A stretch of DNA of 32,000 nucleotides from Wolbachia endosymbiont of Onchocerca ochengi (GCF_000306885.1 NC_018267.1:390001-422000), one strand, 5' to 3'; shown: positions 18,216 to 30,054, numbered from the stretch's first letter. The notes: generated by a model not told the origin, from the sequence alone. Program-made: numbers and translations.

Positions 18216-18794
18216 TTACTGTTTAAAAAACTTGTATTCCTTGCTTTGTAGAAGATTTACAATGTTTTTGTGGTGCTTTAAGAAAATTAGTATTGCTACA
18301 ATTAATAGTACAAAAAATAACTCTCTTTGAAAAAAGAAAGTTGCTATAACAACTACTGTAATAGAAGTTAAAGAAGCAAGGGAAGAATATCGAAGAGTAG
18401 AAAATGCTACTAGCCAAATAAGTACGAACAGCAGTGCCACACGGGTATTAAGTGCTATTAAAATTCCTAAAGTTGTTGCAACTCCCTTTCCTCCATTGAA
18501 CTTTAGCCAGATAGGGAACATATGTCCTAGAACTGCTAAGATTGCAGATGTATATGTAATAATACCATTATTGAAAAATTGTTGCGCTGCGTAAACTGCA
18601 ATAAACCCTTTCAAAGAGTCTAGAAACAATGCTAGAGCAGCAAGTTCTTTATTTCCTGTTCTTGCAATGTTTGTAGCACCAATATTTCCAGAACCTATTT
18701 CTCTTAAATTTATTCCTTTTATCTTTGTAATAATTGAACTAAATGGTATTGAACCCAATACATATGATGATATAAGGACTATATATTTCTCCAT
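18216..18794 (-). CDS. plsY: glycerol-3-phosphate acyltransferase PlsY
   Basis: 192-aa polytopic protein with GSIPFS, the GSGNIGATNIAR signature, and FNGGKGVAT. Confidence 0.9.
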   Translation of the reverse strand: MEKYIVLISSYVLGSIPFSSIITKIKGINLREIGSGNIGATNIARTGNKELAALALFLDSLKGFIAVYAAQQFFNNGIITYTSAILAVLGHMFPIWLKFNGGKGVATTLGILIALNTRVALLFVLIWLVAFSTLRYSSLASLTSITVVVIATFFFQRELFFVLLIVAILIFLKHHKNIVNLLQSKEYKFFKQ

Positions 18795-18932
18795 TACACT
18801 TACATCTTTGGTACTATCCCTAATACGTAGTAAGTACTAAACTTCAGAAAAAATAAGTATAGATTCGAGCACCAAGTACTGAAGTGATAGCGGCTTGTGT
18901 TTATCTGATATGGTTGCATACTAAAGAGGAAC

Positions 18933-20399
18933 CTAATTAATTTTATTATCCTTTAATCTTTTTAGGTAATATTGAGCTTCATTGTTAATCTGATTGCTGA
19001 ATAGTATAAGTGCTGTCATATTAATAAGAGCTAAACAAGAGAATAAAGTCCCACCAATATTGGCAATAGTCATTATATCTTTAGAAAGACCAGAGAAAAA
19101 CGCCACAATTATTACCGCTATGCGGTATATTACTATACTTTTTGTACCAAACAAATATAGCCATCCCATTTCACAGCAATACACAAAAGAAATTATTGAA
19201 GAGAATGCAAATAAAGGTGCAGCTATAGTTAAGAGTATAGGAAACCAAAAAGAAACTGTTTCAAATGCTTTTTGAGTAATTAGTATTCCCTCACCAACGC
19301 CGGTTTGGTATGCACCTGTTATTACTATTGTTATTCCTGTTAAACAACAAATTAACATTGTATCAAAACATGGTTCTATCATTGCAACTAATCCAGTTCT
19401 AACTGGTTCCTCATCTTTAGCCGCTGCATGCGTAATTGAGGCAGAGCCAATACCTGCTTCACTAGCAAAAATTGCTCTTTGAATTCCGGTAACAAATGCT
19501 CCTACTACTCCTCCACCAGCGGCATTGAAGTCTATCATATTAGAAAATAATATTTTAAGTGTATTACCAAGATTGTTAATATTAAATGCAATAATTGTGA
19601 TACAACTGAAAATATATATAAGCGACATGACGGGCACTAATGCAGAGGATACTATAGCTATCCTTTTAATTCCACCGATAATTACCAAAGCAAGCAACAC
19701 AGAAATTATGGAAGAGATCAACCAGGGGTGACTATCTACCCAATTTGAATGGCCAGACAATATTGAAACCATCTGGTTAGTTTGAAATGCTACACTTCCA
19801 CCAAGACCAGATAATACGAAAAATACCGCGTATACTGCAGCTAAGATAATACCAAGTTTCTTAAATCCAAATTCCTCCAGTCCGTTTCTGATATATTGAA
19901 ATGGACCACTAAATAACTGTTTCTGACCTTCTGTTCTGTGTCTGAACGCTAAAGTTACTTCAGCAAACTTTGCTGACATGCCGAAAAGACCTGTAATCAT
20001 CATCCAAGGTACTGCTCCTGGTCCTCCAGTTGAAATTGCAATTGCAACACCAGCAACAGTTCCAAGACCTACCGTACTTGAGAGTGCAGTTATAAATGCC
20101 TGAAAATGCGTAATGTGACCATCATGGTGATCTGTGTCATACTTCCCACATAGGATAGCGAATGCATGCTTAAACATTTTTATATTGAGAAATTTAAAAC
20201 GTAATGTTAAAAACACATAACTGAAGGCCACTAGGAAAATTGTGAATGGTATGTAGAAAACTTTAAAAAACAATACTTTACTTATGAAGTTATTTACTCC
20301 ATCTAATACAGCATCATAGCTTTTGTAAAGACCCGAAGTAGCATATGCGTCATTAAATAATAGGCAAAATAGTACTACATACAGTAACCTATAAATCAT
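18933..20399 (-). CDS. alanine/glycine:cation symporter (AGCS family)
   Basis: 488-aa polytopic protein with FQAFITALSSTVGLGTVAGVAIAISTGGPGAVPWMMITGLFGMSAKFAEV and GIQRAIFASEAGIGSASITHAAA. Confidence 0.9.
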   Translation of the reverse strand: MIYRLLYVVLFCLLFNDAYATSGLYKSYDAVLDGVNNFISKVLFFKVFYIPFTIFLVAFSYVFLTLRFKFLNIKMFKHAFAILCGKYDTDHHDGHITHFQAFITALSSTVGLGTVAGVAIAISTGGPGAVPWMMITGLFGMSAKFAEVTLAFRHRTEGQKQLFSGPFQYIRNGLEEFGFKKLGIILAAVYAVFFVLSGLGGSVAFQTNQMVSILSGHSNWVDSHPWLISSIISVLLALVIIGGIKRIAIVSSALVPVMSLIYIFSCITIIAFNINNLGNTLKILFSNMIDFNAAGGGVVGAFVTGIQRAIFASEAGIGSASITHAAAKDEEPVRTGLVAMIEPCFDTMLICCLTGITIVITGAYQTGVGEGILITQKAFETVSFWFPILLTIAAPLFAFSSIISFVYCCEMGWLYLFGTKSIVIYRIAVIIVAFFSGLSKDIMTIANIGGTLFSCLALINMTALILFSNQINNEAQYYLKRLKDNKIN

Positions 20400-20479
20400 G
20401 TTTAATACCTCTTAGAATTATAATAAGAATCTATTATTGTATTTATGGCTTTCCTTCTTAGGAGATATATTGTAATAGC

Positions 20480-21200
20480 ATTTGGAACCATAAAGCACAT
20501 AAACAAATCATTGCCTAGATAAGATATAAGTTTTGTACCTTTTGATATACATTGAAACTACTGCAAAAATTTGAAGTAACACTAGTACTTTTTATTACCA
20601 AACAAGTGCTATTTTATAGTAGCAATAATAAGCTATTGTTGTGGGGAATGCAAAAGAAAACATTATTAGCGAAGGAACTGGCTTGTTAAATAAAGGTAAG
20701 ACTGTTGAAAACGCTGAGTTAACCACAGGATATTACCCCTCGTCATGGTGCTATTGAATACCAGTGATATTATCATAATGCTCTAATTAAAGATGAAACT
20801 AGTATTATGTCTACAAATAATGCAGTTGGTGTAAAGCTTTCAGCTTTAATTGGATTTTTCTCTTTTACAACTGAATGTGTTATACTGTTGTTCCGGTGCC
20901 TGCTTTATTAGTAAATAATAACTTCTCACGCTACTATTAATCCATTTAATACTTTGCCTCTATAGCTGATTTGTTAGAGATATTTTGGAATATTGTAGGG
21001 TAAAATATTCAATGAATTATCTCCGTCTACATAGGTTAAAACGCAGGCATACCTGTATACAGAATTATCAATAGTGGGTAGTAAACCTATTGAACTAAAG
21101 GTGATTTGTTCTGCTTTCCTCAGTATTACAATTAGAACAAGCGTCAAATATGATAAAAGACATGTTGTGTTCGAAGAGGGCATTTTACAATACTACAATT
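20480..21200 (-). pseudogene. wsp/msp4-family (surface antigen) outer-membrane beta-barrel relic
   Basis: Minus-strand translation gives ...LPYNIPKYL*QISYRGKVLNGLIVA*EVIIY**S...AESFTPTALFVDIILVSSLIRAL**YHWYSIAP*RGVISCG*LSV. This aligns by eye to the Wsp blocks FGYKMDDIRVDVEGLYSQ / FTPT...SGLVNVYYDI / ITPYVGVGVGAAY. The 3' boundary is approximate. Confidence 0.5.
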
Positions 21201-21756
21201 TAATTTGTTTGAAGTAGTGTATCATATGAAATCATTGCAATAAGTAGCTTAATTGAATAGGTAAATGCAGGTAATTTACCAGTTTTTATAAATCTAATTT
21301 TTGCAAGTTTATATTTTATGTTACAAAGAGATTTGCCAGTTTTAAATTTTCAGAACGATAAGTAAATACAAACACTACTTTGGCGAACCTTGTGGCATAC
21401 TAAGCATTACGATGACTATTATCTAAAAATTGCACGTGAGTTTATTGTACAATAATTGCAACTTCTTGATATTATTCTAAGCCCTAAGACCAATTGTTTC
21501 CGAAATTGCTGCTATAAATACCTATGAATGATTATATGTTGTTATAATTATACATTTTAGGTGGTTAGATAGCGTCTATATTCTATGCTTAACTGAGCTA
21601 AAGTTAGTAAAATTAAATTAGATATAAAAGAATCCAGTTGCAATTACTTAAATAAGTAAAACGGAACTAAGATATCTTTGTATACAGAAATGAACTAAAT
21701 AGTTCACTTATTTTTCAATTATGCTACCACTTACTGCTTTTTATTGCAATTTGCAG

Positions 21757-22527
21757 CTAGCGAGTTTTATAGGTATAATATATATAAAATCCAGTACTTA
21801 TTGGAATAGTAAGTGCGTACACCATGCCTAAAATTGGTAAAGTAACCCAAGGCTTGCTGACAAAAAATACGATAAACACTCCAAAAAGCGATACAAATAT
21901 ATAAGATAAGTTTCTGGGAATATAAATATATTTTGCGGAAAAAGTTGGAATATGACTGACTGAGAAAAATGAGATAGCAAAAAAGTAACAAGCAGTGTTC
22001 TTTATGTTGAAAAATTGCTCTATAAGAAGTAAATGTTCACTTTCTTGAGAGTGAAAGGTACCAATTATTGGTAACAAGGAAAGTAAAGCACATATTGGTG
22101 CTGGTACTCCAGAAAAGAAAAACTTTTCCCAGTCAAATTGCTCTACATTTAATGATATATTAAACCTTGCAAGTCTTATCGAGATGCAGATTACATATAT
22201 CATTACCAGTATCCATCCTATAACTTTGATTTCTTTTAATTTCCAAAAGTATAAGAGAAATGCAGGTGCTGCACCGAAGTTCAGAAAATCCGCAAAAGAA
22301 TCAAGTTGTGCTCCGAAATTGCTAGTTAATTTTAAGATTCTGGCTATTTTGCCATCCATTCCATCTATAATTGCTGCAATGATGATAAAAATTACTGCAA
22401 ACTCCCACTGTTCATTAAATGTGAATTTAAGTGAAGTAAGACCAGAACATAGACCTAATAAAGTTATAAAATTTGGAAATAATTTAGCAACAGGCAGAAA
22501 ACTATTGTTATTACCATTATTGTTCAT
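21757..22527 (-). CDS. pssA: CDP-diacylglycerol--serine O-phosphatidyltransferase
   Basis: CDP-alcohol phosphatidyltransferase motif [27 protein letters not shown]. 256-aa polytopic protein. ATGA overlap with the psd stop. Confidence 0.9.
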   Translation of the reverse strand: MNNNGNNNSFLPVAKLFPNFITLLGLCSGLTSLKFTFNEQWEFAVIFIIIAAIIDGMDGKIARILKLTSNFGAQLDSFADFLNFGAAPAFLLYFWKLKEIKVIGWILVMIYVICISIRLARFNISLNVEQFDWEKFFFSGVPAPICALLSLLPIIGTFHSQESEHLLLIEQFFNIKNTACYFFAISFFSVSHIPTFSAKYIYIPRNLSYIFVSLFGVFIVFFVSKPWVTLPILGMVYALTIPISTGFYIYYTYKTR

Positions 22528-23216
22528 ATAATATCAAAAGTAAGCTTTTCTTGAGTATTTTTCTTATTTAAATTTGCTATAATTGTTTCACCACCGATAA
22601 CGGTTTGTCCTTTTGAGACTCTTATTTCTGTATCAACAGGTACATAGATATTTACTCTACTTCCAAACCTTATAATTCCAAACCTTTCACCTGCTTTTAC
22701 AGCCTGGAAAACTTTTAGGTTACAAACGATACGGCGTGCAACTAGTCCAGCTATTTGTTCTACAATAATTTCTTTTTCCTTTTCGTATTCGATTACAATA
22801 ACTTGTTTTTCATTTTCATTGCTAGATCTATTACTTGTTGCAAACATAAATTTGCCTTTTTTGTAGTGTACTTCTTTTACTGTACCAGATATTGGTATGC
22901 GATTCACATGTACATCCAAAATACTCAAGAATATACTAATAAGTATGAATTTTTTCTCCTCTTCATTTTCCGTTGGTAAAGGATAACTCGCTTCTTCAAT
23001 TTTTGAAATTATACCATCGGCAGGACTTAGTATAAGATCTCTATTGCTTGGCACGACCCTTGTTGGATCACGAAAGAAGTAGATGCATAGTAATGTTGGA
23101 AATAAGCATGTAATACCAAACCCCCAAGATAAAGAGAATGCTATACATGTCACTGTAAAAGAAATTGCTATAAATAAGTAACCTTCCCTGTTTATATTAG
23201 GTAACCAAAAGCACAT
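22524..23216 (-). CDS. psd: phosphatidylserine decarboxylase proenzyme
   Basis: 230 aa with N-terminal TM helices, FFRDPTR, SPADG, a NRIPISG-type core, and the self-cleavage region IIRFGSRV. Confidence 0.9.
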   Translation of the reverse strand: MCFWLPNINREGYLFIAISFTVTCIAFSLSWGFGITCLFPTLLCIYFFRDPTRVVPSNRDLILSPADGIISKIEEASYPLPTENEEEKKFILISIFLSILDVHVNRIPISGTVKEVHYKKGKFMFATSNRSSNENEKQVIVIEYEKEKEIIVEQIAGLVARRIVCNLKVFQAVKAGERFGIIRFGSRVNIYVPVDTEIRVSKGQTVIGGETIIANLNKKNTQEKLTFDII

Positions 23217-24559
23217 AACCTTATTAGCAATAATCTGTTATTAACAATTTATCACTTATCGCTTCTAATGGAAAGTCTTTTTTAACCGCTTCAAGAAAAA
23301 AACTCTTGATCGATGTAAAAGTTAAGTAGTTTTTTGACAAAGGTTTTACTCTAAGTTAGGTTTCTTTTGGACGCAAGAAGTAAGGAGAAGTATAGAGGAT
23401 AAAACTTTAGAAAGGGATTGTCAGAATAAATGGACTTTTGTTTAGAGGATGTGGGCAAACAAGAGTAAAAAGGCATGTGTTGTATGAATTTGTCAGTGAT
23501 TTTACTATACAAAAATAGTATAAGTAAACAAACATTCTATGAGTAGCATAATAAATATAAAACAGTGGAATGAAAAAGAGCTTCTTGCTAAAAAAAAGAA
23601 AGCTAAGGTAACAGAGTGGGAAAGCAGAAATTGGAATAGGAAATTCAGTTATAAGGACGAAAGAAGGGTATAAATAGATAACAAAATTTGTACTAAAAAA
23701 GTGGTATAATGGAACACATGTTAGTGTAGTATATATAATTTTTTTAAAGCTCTAATATAGAGCATAAGGGAAGGTAAAAAAGAAAAATAATTAGAGAAAT
23801 AGCCTTTAGTAAAAAAAGTGAAGGTTAGCATTATATTATTATTTGAGTAAAAATATGGTAAATAGAGACAAAATTGAGCATTTATAAATAGACAATATAA
23901 GCTGCATAGTGTAGAGGAAGTTGTAAAAGTAATACTTATAGTGTTGAGGTATTTTAATTACATAAAGCAAAATTACAGCATATGCTTGAGGAAGTAATGA
24001 CGAGTAGTGGTTCAAAACTTGTATCAGAAGTAATATGAATGAGCATCCTTTTGAAAGAGTGTTAACTTAAATAAAGATAAAGTATTGATATGCAAAGTCA
24101 TATAGGTTGCAAGGAAATAATAAGATAGAGCTCTTTTGAAGAACATTAAACAATGATTTGACTGAGGGTATGTCATTTAAGACTTTTAAAGAATTTAAGA
24201 ATAAGCTACTTAATTTATTATAATAAATACATTAAGATCTTAATAATCTTGTGATTGAATTTTTTTGTAAAACTTTTGTCAATGGATTAATTTTTCTTTA
24301 TAAGACGGTTTATCGAAACTGAAAAAAGGTAAAAAACCGTATTTGTTTACTGAGTATGGCTAAAAACATGTTATAGTTTCAGAAGTCTATTTTTCTTATT
24401 GGATTTTATAAAATATTAAGAAGTGATTACATTTTTTCTAAGTTTAGCCTACCTTATTTTAACAATTGTGCTTGTTTAGTTTTTTTCTATTATATCTCTG
24501 AATAGAGATGTTTTTTTTAAAAAGTAATGTGCTTAGTATCTAGAAAAGTCTGCATGGAT

Positions 24560-25545
24560 ATTCTTCATAACAATATTTTTTCTTAAGGAAAGCCGTTGTT
24601 TCATTGTAAGAATATAGCACCTGATCAACATTTACTTATAAATTTTCTAAAGAATTGTGAATTAGTTTTCTCTGAAAAGAATGTGGTAACACTTATCTTA
24701 CATAGTTTCACGTAATCTTATACACATACCATTTATTTATGGGGAATTGGCTTTGTACTAAAATGGTTAATGTTTCTAATTCCAAATATAGCTGATAAAA
24801 TATGGTTTTTAGGCTTGCTACAATATTTTATACTTCTAATCAGTTAGAGTTTATAATAATGAAATTTTATGCTCATTAAAAAGTGAAATGACTCTGTCGT
24901 CGAGAAAATCTATAGCCATATAATAGCTATTTTGTTTATATACAATTTGGTAAGTTTAAGTTATGAATAAGTATCAATAAATGTCTGCTGATAAATTGGC
25001 CGAGTGGACTTGACTATTACCTGCATATAATTAAGTATCTTGATTGCTAAATATTTTGAATATTGTATCTCAATTTTACCTTATGCTTCTTTTTGTACTT
25101 TAGTCATTTCTAGAATAGCAAATTGTCTTCTGTTAAGTATTTAAAAAGCTCACCTTGAACTGTTTTTGCTTTAAGTGCTTTTTGATTTCTTTTTAAAAGT
25201 TTCAAGATTATACTTATTTTTCATATTAACCTTATCTCATCAGGAGATATTAAAATACCTCTTTTTTAGTTTCTTATCTGTACTTAGCTTATCCATACAC
25301 CAAAAAACTCTCTAATGCTATATTGTCCTTTCTATATCTTTCAGTACCCTATTTGCAAGCGTAGTGACTTTTCTTTTTTTTTCATATAGTGCTTCTTTTC
25401 CTTTTTTGTATAGCTCATTATGCTAATGAAATGTCTTCTTATGAGAATCCATAAAAGAGCTCTATAAATCCATACTCTTTTCTAATTGTTTACTCTGTGA
25501 TGTTGGTACTTATTTCTCTTGCAATCACCGGTAGTTTTGGATAAT
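24560..25545 (-). mobile_element. decayed IS481/IS3-type (rve integrase-core) transposase relic
   Basis: Minus-strand translation gives IAREISTNITE*TIRKEYGFIELFYGFS (HTH region), YYMAIDFLDDRVIS (compare aIDd.SR, 24891-24917), NSP*INGMCIRLRETM (compare P.TNG.vERf.rT, 24721-24750), and ...LQ*NNGFP*EKI. Dense stops and frameshifts. Boundaries approximate. Confidence 0.5.
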
Positions 25546-25862
25546 GGGAAGCTCTGTTAAAATAACTGTTTAAAGAGTGGAAACAGAGACTGAATGGGTT
25601 ATAAGTTGGATAAGTGGAATTCAGGAAAGCTCCAATGAAAGAAAAATTTAGTAAAAGTGAGTAATGGTAAAAAATTTTTTGTTGACTCTATTCTATTTAA
25701 TAGACTTGATTTGTTTTTGTTACTTTATATAACTAAGTATATGCCTTTGATTATAAGTAAAGGTAATGAGGTTACACCTTACGTATAGTCAATTTCGTTA
25801 AATTAACAATTAAGCATGAGGGAAATTAGCTTTAATATTGTTCGTTATCTATATAAGTAAAG

Positions 25863-26585
25863 TTGATGTCTTTTTTAATTGTAGCAAATTGGAAAATGAA
25901 TGGAACGCGGTCTTTGTTTGTTGACTTTATAAATAAACTTAACAATAAGAGCAATGGAATTACCTCTAAGATCGTGGTTTGTCCACCTTTTACATCATTG
26001 CCAGATGCCATAGAGCTAAGCGATAATATTAATATAGGAGCACAGAATTGCCATTATAAAAAATATGGATCTTACACAGGTGAGGTTAGTGCAAGGATGT
26101 TAAAAGAATTAGAATGTACTTATGTAATACTTGGACATTCTGAAAGAACCAACGAAACAGATAGTGAAATAAAACTTAAGTCAGAAATAGCAATAGAGTC
26201 TGGTCTACACCCAATTATTTGTGTAGGTGAAAATGCAGAAAATTATAAGAGTAGGAGAACAAAGGAAGTAATAGTATATCAATGCAAAAACCGCTTATTG
26301 ATACATAGTGAATATACTGTAGCATATGAACCGTTGTGGGCAATAGGTACAGGGTATATACCAAGCAATGATGAAATTGCTGAGGTAATAGAGGTAATAA
26401 AATCCTGTATTGGTGAAAAACAGGTTATATATGGTGGTTCAGTTAGTTTGGAAAATATAGGAAGTTTGCTTAGGATCTCAAATTTATCAGGAGTTTTGAT
26501 TGGTAGTGCAAGCCTAGATTTTGATTACTTTTATAAAATTATACAACAAGTTGAAGAAACCTACAATTCTGAAATCAGTAATTAG
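25863..26585 (+). CDS. tpiA: triose-phosphate isomerase
   Basis: Has [27 protein letters not shown], and YGGSV. The true start is probably ATG 25866, one codon inside the TTG-started ORF. Confidence 0.92.
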   Translation: MMSFLIVANWKMNGTRSLFVDFINKLNNKSNGITSKIVVCPPFTSLPDAIELSDNINIGAQNCHYKKYGSYTGEVSARMLKELECTYVILGHSERTNETDSEIKLKSEIAIESGLHPIICVGENAENYKSRRTKEVIVYQCKNRLLIHSEYTVAYEPLWAIGTGYIPSNDEIAEVIEVIKSCIGEKQVIYGGSVSLENIGSLLRISNLSGVLIGSASLDFDYFYKIIQQVEETYNSEISN

Positions 26586-26618
26586 GAAATCTGTATACAT
26601 ACTAACAGATTTAAGGAG

Positions 26619-27766
26619 TACAAGATAGCAGCATTAATAATTGCAGCGGGAGGAGCAATAAATGCAAAATAGTGCAGTTTCTAAGCAGTGTATAAAGCTA
26701 ACAGGTAAACCTATCTTGTTTCATACAGTCAGAAAATTCTTAGCTAACTAGCATATAGATTATGTAATAGTGGTCATTAACGAATGATTATGAAAATTTC
26801 TATAAGAAAGCTATATCATCATATCATCAATTATAGATACTAAATTCTGAGGTCAGTATACGGGTAAGAAATTAGGTAAAACTCAGTTAAATTGGGACTT
26901 GAGAGTTTGCAAAAGAAATGAACCATGATTTTGTCATTATGCACGATGCCTGTAGGCTGTTTGCGTTAGATGTTCTAATAGATAGCTTAGCTCAGTTTAT
27001 GATTAATGGTCGGCATGCTGAAGTAGTCCAAGGCAATAGAAGTTGAAAGTACTATGTTGATGATAAATGATGGTTCTGTCGAATTCATGATTTTAAGAGA
27101 GAAACTTAGAGTGGTATAAACTCCTCAAATCTTTGATTTTAAAAAATTACTATTATGCCGTCGGTTAAATAAAAAATTTACTGATGGTTCATCGCTTGTG
27201 GTAGAGTACAAAAATGTGTTGTAGTTATTGGAGGTGAAAAAAGTAATTTCAAGTTAACTATAAAAGAAGATATTTGTATGGTAAATCTCCTTCTTGAATA
27301 ACCAAAATATCGTGTTGTTGGAACGGATTGTCATATATATAAGTTTATCAAAACTCAAGATGAACTCAGGAATTTTGTAAGAATTTGTGCTGTAGAGATT
27401 GAGCACTATATAGTAATAGAAGTATATTCGCGATGGTGATGCGATAATACACGCAATAGTTGATGCAATATCGGGAACGCTAGAATATGATGATATAGGG
27501 GTTTTCCTTCTAATTTTGCTAATTGGAAAGATTGTGACTCATCTTATTTTCTAAGCTTTGCTGCTACAAGAGCTAAAGGAAGAGGATCGTGTATCTAATT
27601 TAGACATTACTATAGTTTGTGAAGAGCCTAAAATGTTGCCTTATATTGATTGTAAATTTGTAATATAGAAACAACAACTGCAGAAAAATTGGGTTCTATT
27701 GGAAGAAGTGAAAGAATAGCAGCGGCATGCTTCCATATTATTGGACAAGTTAGCGTCTTGTGTTAA
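26619..27766 (+). pseudogene. ispDF: fused IspD/IspF (MEP cytidylyltransferase / MEcPP synthase), heavily disrupted
   Basis: Reads (K)IAALIIAAGGAINAK* with the first stop at 26670-26672, then HDFVIMHDACRLF (compare VlIHDaaRP), TIKEDICM (compare KiT..eDl), the IspF part KYRVVGTDCHIYKF (compare rvG.G.DvH.f), RW*CDNTRNS*CNIGN (compare HSDgDv..HA..DAilGA), and ETTTAEKLGSIGRSERIAA (compare KATT.EklGf.GR.EGIaa). About 382 codons total, with many stops and shifts and no ATG at the expected start. Confidence 0.85.
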
Positions 27767-28239
27767 TTTTCCCTTAACGCTTATGACCATATCTATTAAG
27801 TAGAATCACTTGAGGTAGTTTGAAACCTGCTCCTAAAAATTAATTTCAAAAAAAATCCTCTTTCATCTTCAATAAAAGTTCTCACGAACATTGCTCTGTT
27901 TATTGCTGTAGCATGTAGTCAAGTTTTGGGTCGAGGAATTTTATAAAGCCATGAAAAATTAATTTTAAAAATGTTAATAATGGTGCAATATTTTCGCAAG
28001 TATTCAATCCTCTTATATCTAAATTTTAAGTCTTGGATGTGTTGATCAAAGAAAATGACCTCTTCACACGGGTCTAAGATTATGTCTTAGTCCAGCTTCA
28101 TTTGATAAATCCACTACATAGTTTATGGACGTAGTAGACATTATCCAAATTAAAATGCCTTACTTTTACTTTTTAGTATACTTTTTTTAGCGCTATACAT
28201 ATTCACTTTTCATTTCCCTTTTTGTTTGGTAAAAATCTT

Positions 28240-29987
28240 CAATTTATGCATCCTATAGAGTTTTATACATTCCGTCTTTATCAAGAAGTTTTTAGTTCAT
28301 GCAGTTTTCTATAATCTTGTCACATAATTAAGTAATTAAGTACTGAAATGCGGTCTATATGCAAAAACATAGATAGGAGATGTGCTATTACTATGATAGA
28401 CTTCATCTTATATATGATTCATATGGAAATTTTTGGATATTATTTTCACTTGCAGAATTGAGTTGTGATGTTGTCTAATCTAGAATTAATATAGGTGCAA
28501 TTAAAAAAATTGCTTTTACTAATTGTAATACTTTACCTCTACCAATCCAAAAATTTTACACCTCTTCTCTTAACAAGTGACTCGTAACCTTGAGGCAATT
28601 TTAAAATAAATCCATCGGCGTGTGAACATTTAACAGCCTCTACAACTTCATCATCACTAGCCTATATTTTGTCATAATGAGTATTTTAACAGAGTTATAT
28701 GAAAAAGTGATGAATCTTGTGGAATCGTTTTTACTCTTTTGTGTAAAGAACTCTGTTATGTTGGAAATATCTTGCCGTTAATTAAAATTTTCTAGACTTT
28801 ACATCGTAAAACCTGAGAGGTTAGGGTTACAGAATGTTGATTTGCCTTTACCCCAATAATCAACAGGTTCTACTTTTTGGTTAGATTCAATTATCATGAG
28901 CTTGTTTCTAAATATTAGTATTGCATTATTCATAATGGAAATGAATTTTATCAAAAGTAGTTTTGGTTTTTTTTAATGGCTAGATCTATAATATTTAGCT
29001 GATCTTAAAAATTTTATGAGTGAAAGTGATTGTTCTTAGAGCTTGAGTAATTCTTACTTACGATTGGAAAATCGTAAAAAGTTTTTCGCTATCATCCAAA
29101 GAGAATTAGCTATTGCTATGTTAATAATCGTAATAAAGGAAAAAAGTATTCGGTAGTTATTAATCCTTAACTCTTTCTTTAGTTAGAAAATAATAAATTA
29201 AGTATTTGTACAGTTATAAATGAGAAGGCATAGAAAGTGAAAATTGGCATGCCTGGCTATTAAGGTTCTCTGTTTTGCTTTAATAATTTTGCTATGAGGA
29301 TCCATAAAGATGATTTTCCTGGTATCTGTTTGAAAATAACCTTGTAATGATGTTTAAGAGTACATCTATCATTTTGCCAGTAAGTACTTGAGCTAAGCTC
29401 TAATCATGTATCTGTAAAATAAAGTTGATATTTGCTTACAAAAAAATAAACTTTGATACAAAGTACTAGCATGCGGCTTAAAGCTATTAATTATAATTTG
29501 TATAATATTTAGAACATAGTTTATCAAATTGTTAACCTTATTAATAAAACTGCTATAGGAGTTATTTTTATAGTAACTATTACTTTGATTTAATAATATG
29601 GTAATACTTAATTTAACAATATTTTTACGAAGGTGGAACCTATCTTAATTTCAAAAATAGTTGTGTAATTTGATAATTCATTTAAGTGAGCATGATATTA
29701 GTATATATAGATATGAAGGGAATTGCTGTTTTATGAAAAGAGTTACCTACATTTGATGTTAAAGGACAATCTACAATAACTTTTATTATTAAATATGCCT
29801 AAGCATGGGCTGCTAAAAGGAAATATCTACGGCCCAGACTAATGCTAATAGCAACGCTATTGTAGTATTAACCAAAGGTGGATATGGTATTTTCATGATG
29901 AAAGATACAACCTACTTTGTTGTGATATTATTTGTATTTCACTTAAATTGTTAGTGGAACGGACTGATATAGAGTTATATTAATCAT
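28240..29987 (-). pseudogene. ABCB-type (MsbA/HlyB-like) fused permease-ATPase, heavily disrupted
   Basis: Minus-strand relics: Walker A VDYWGKGKSTF (28832-28858), FITFSYNSVKILI (compare vpQ...LF..ti.eNI), LKVTSHLLREEV*NF (compare LP.GYdt.vGerG..LS), INSRLDNITT (compare iLiLDEATSaLD), and SIIVIAHLLSM (compare IAHRLST, 28371-28403). ATG at 29987. The ~582-codon span fits a half-transporter. Confidence 0.8.
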
Positions 29988-30054
29988 CGAAAAATTACTC
30001 TATATTAATGTTATAGTACTTTATCGATCAAAAAATAAAAAGGGGAAAATAGCT

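Noticed and set aside
18223-19731. ORFs 18223-18417, 18994-19275 and 19525-19731
   Set aside because: They are alternative-frame or antisense ORFs within plsY and the AGCS symporter gene.
20974-21183. 69-aa ORF as an intact gene
   Set aside because: It corresponds to the N-terminal fragment of the wsp-like relic, and the homology continues past its stop codon.
21767-22979. ORFs 21767-21991, 22184-22531 and 22755-22979
   Set aside because: They are alternative-frame or antisense ORFs within pssA and psd.
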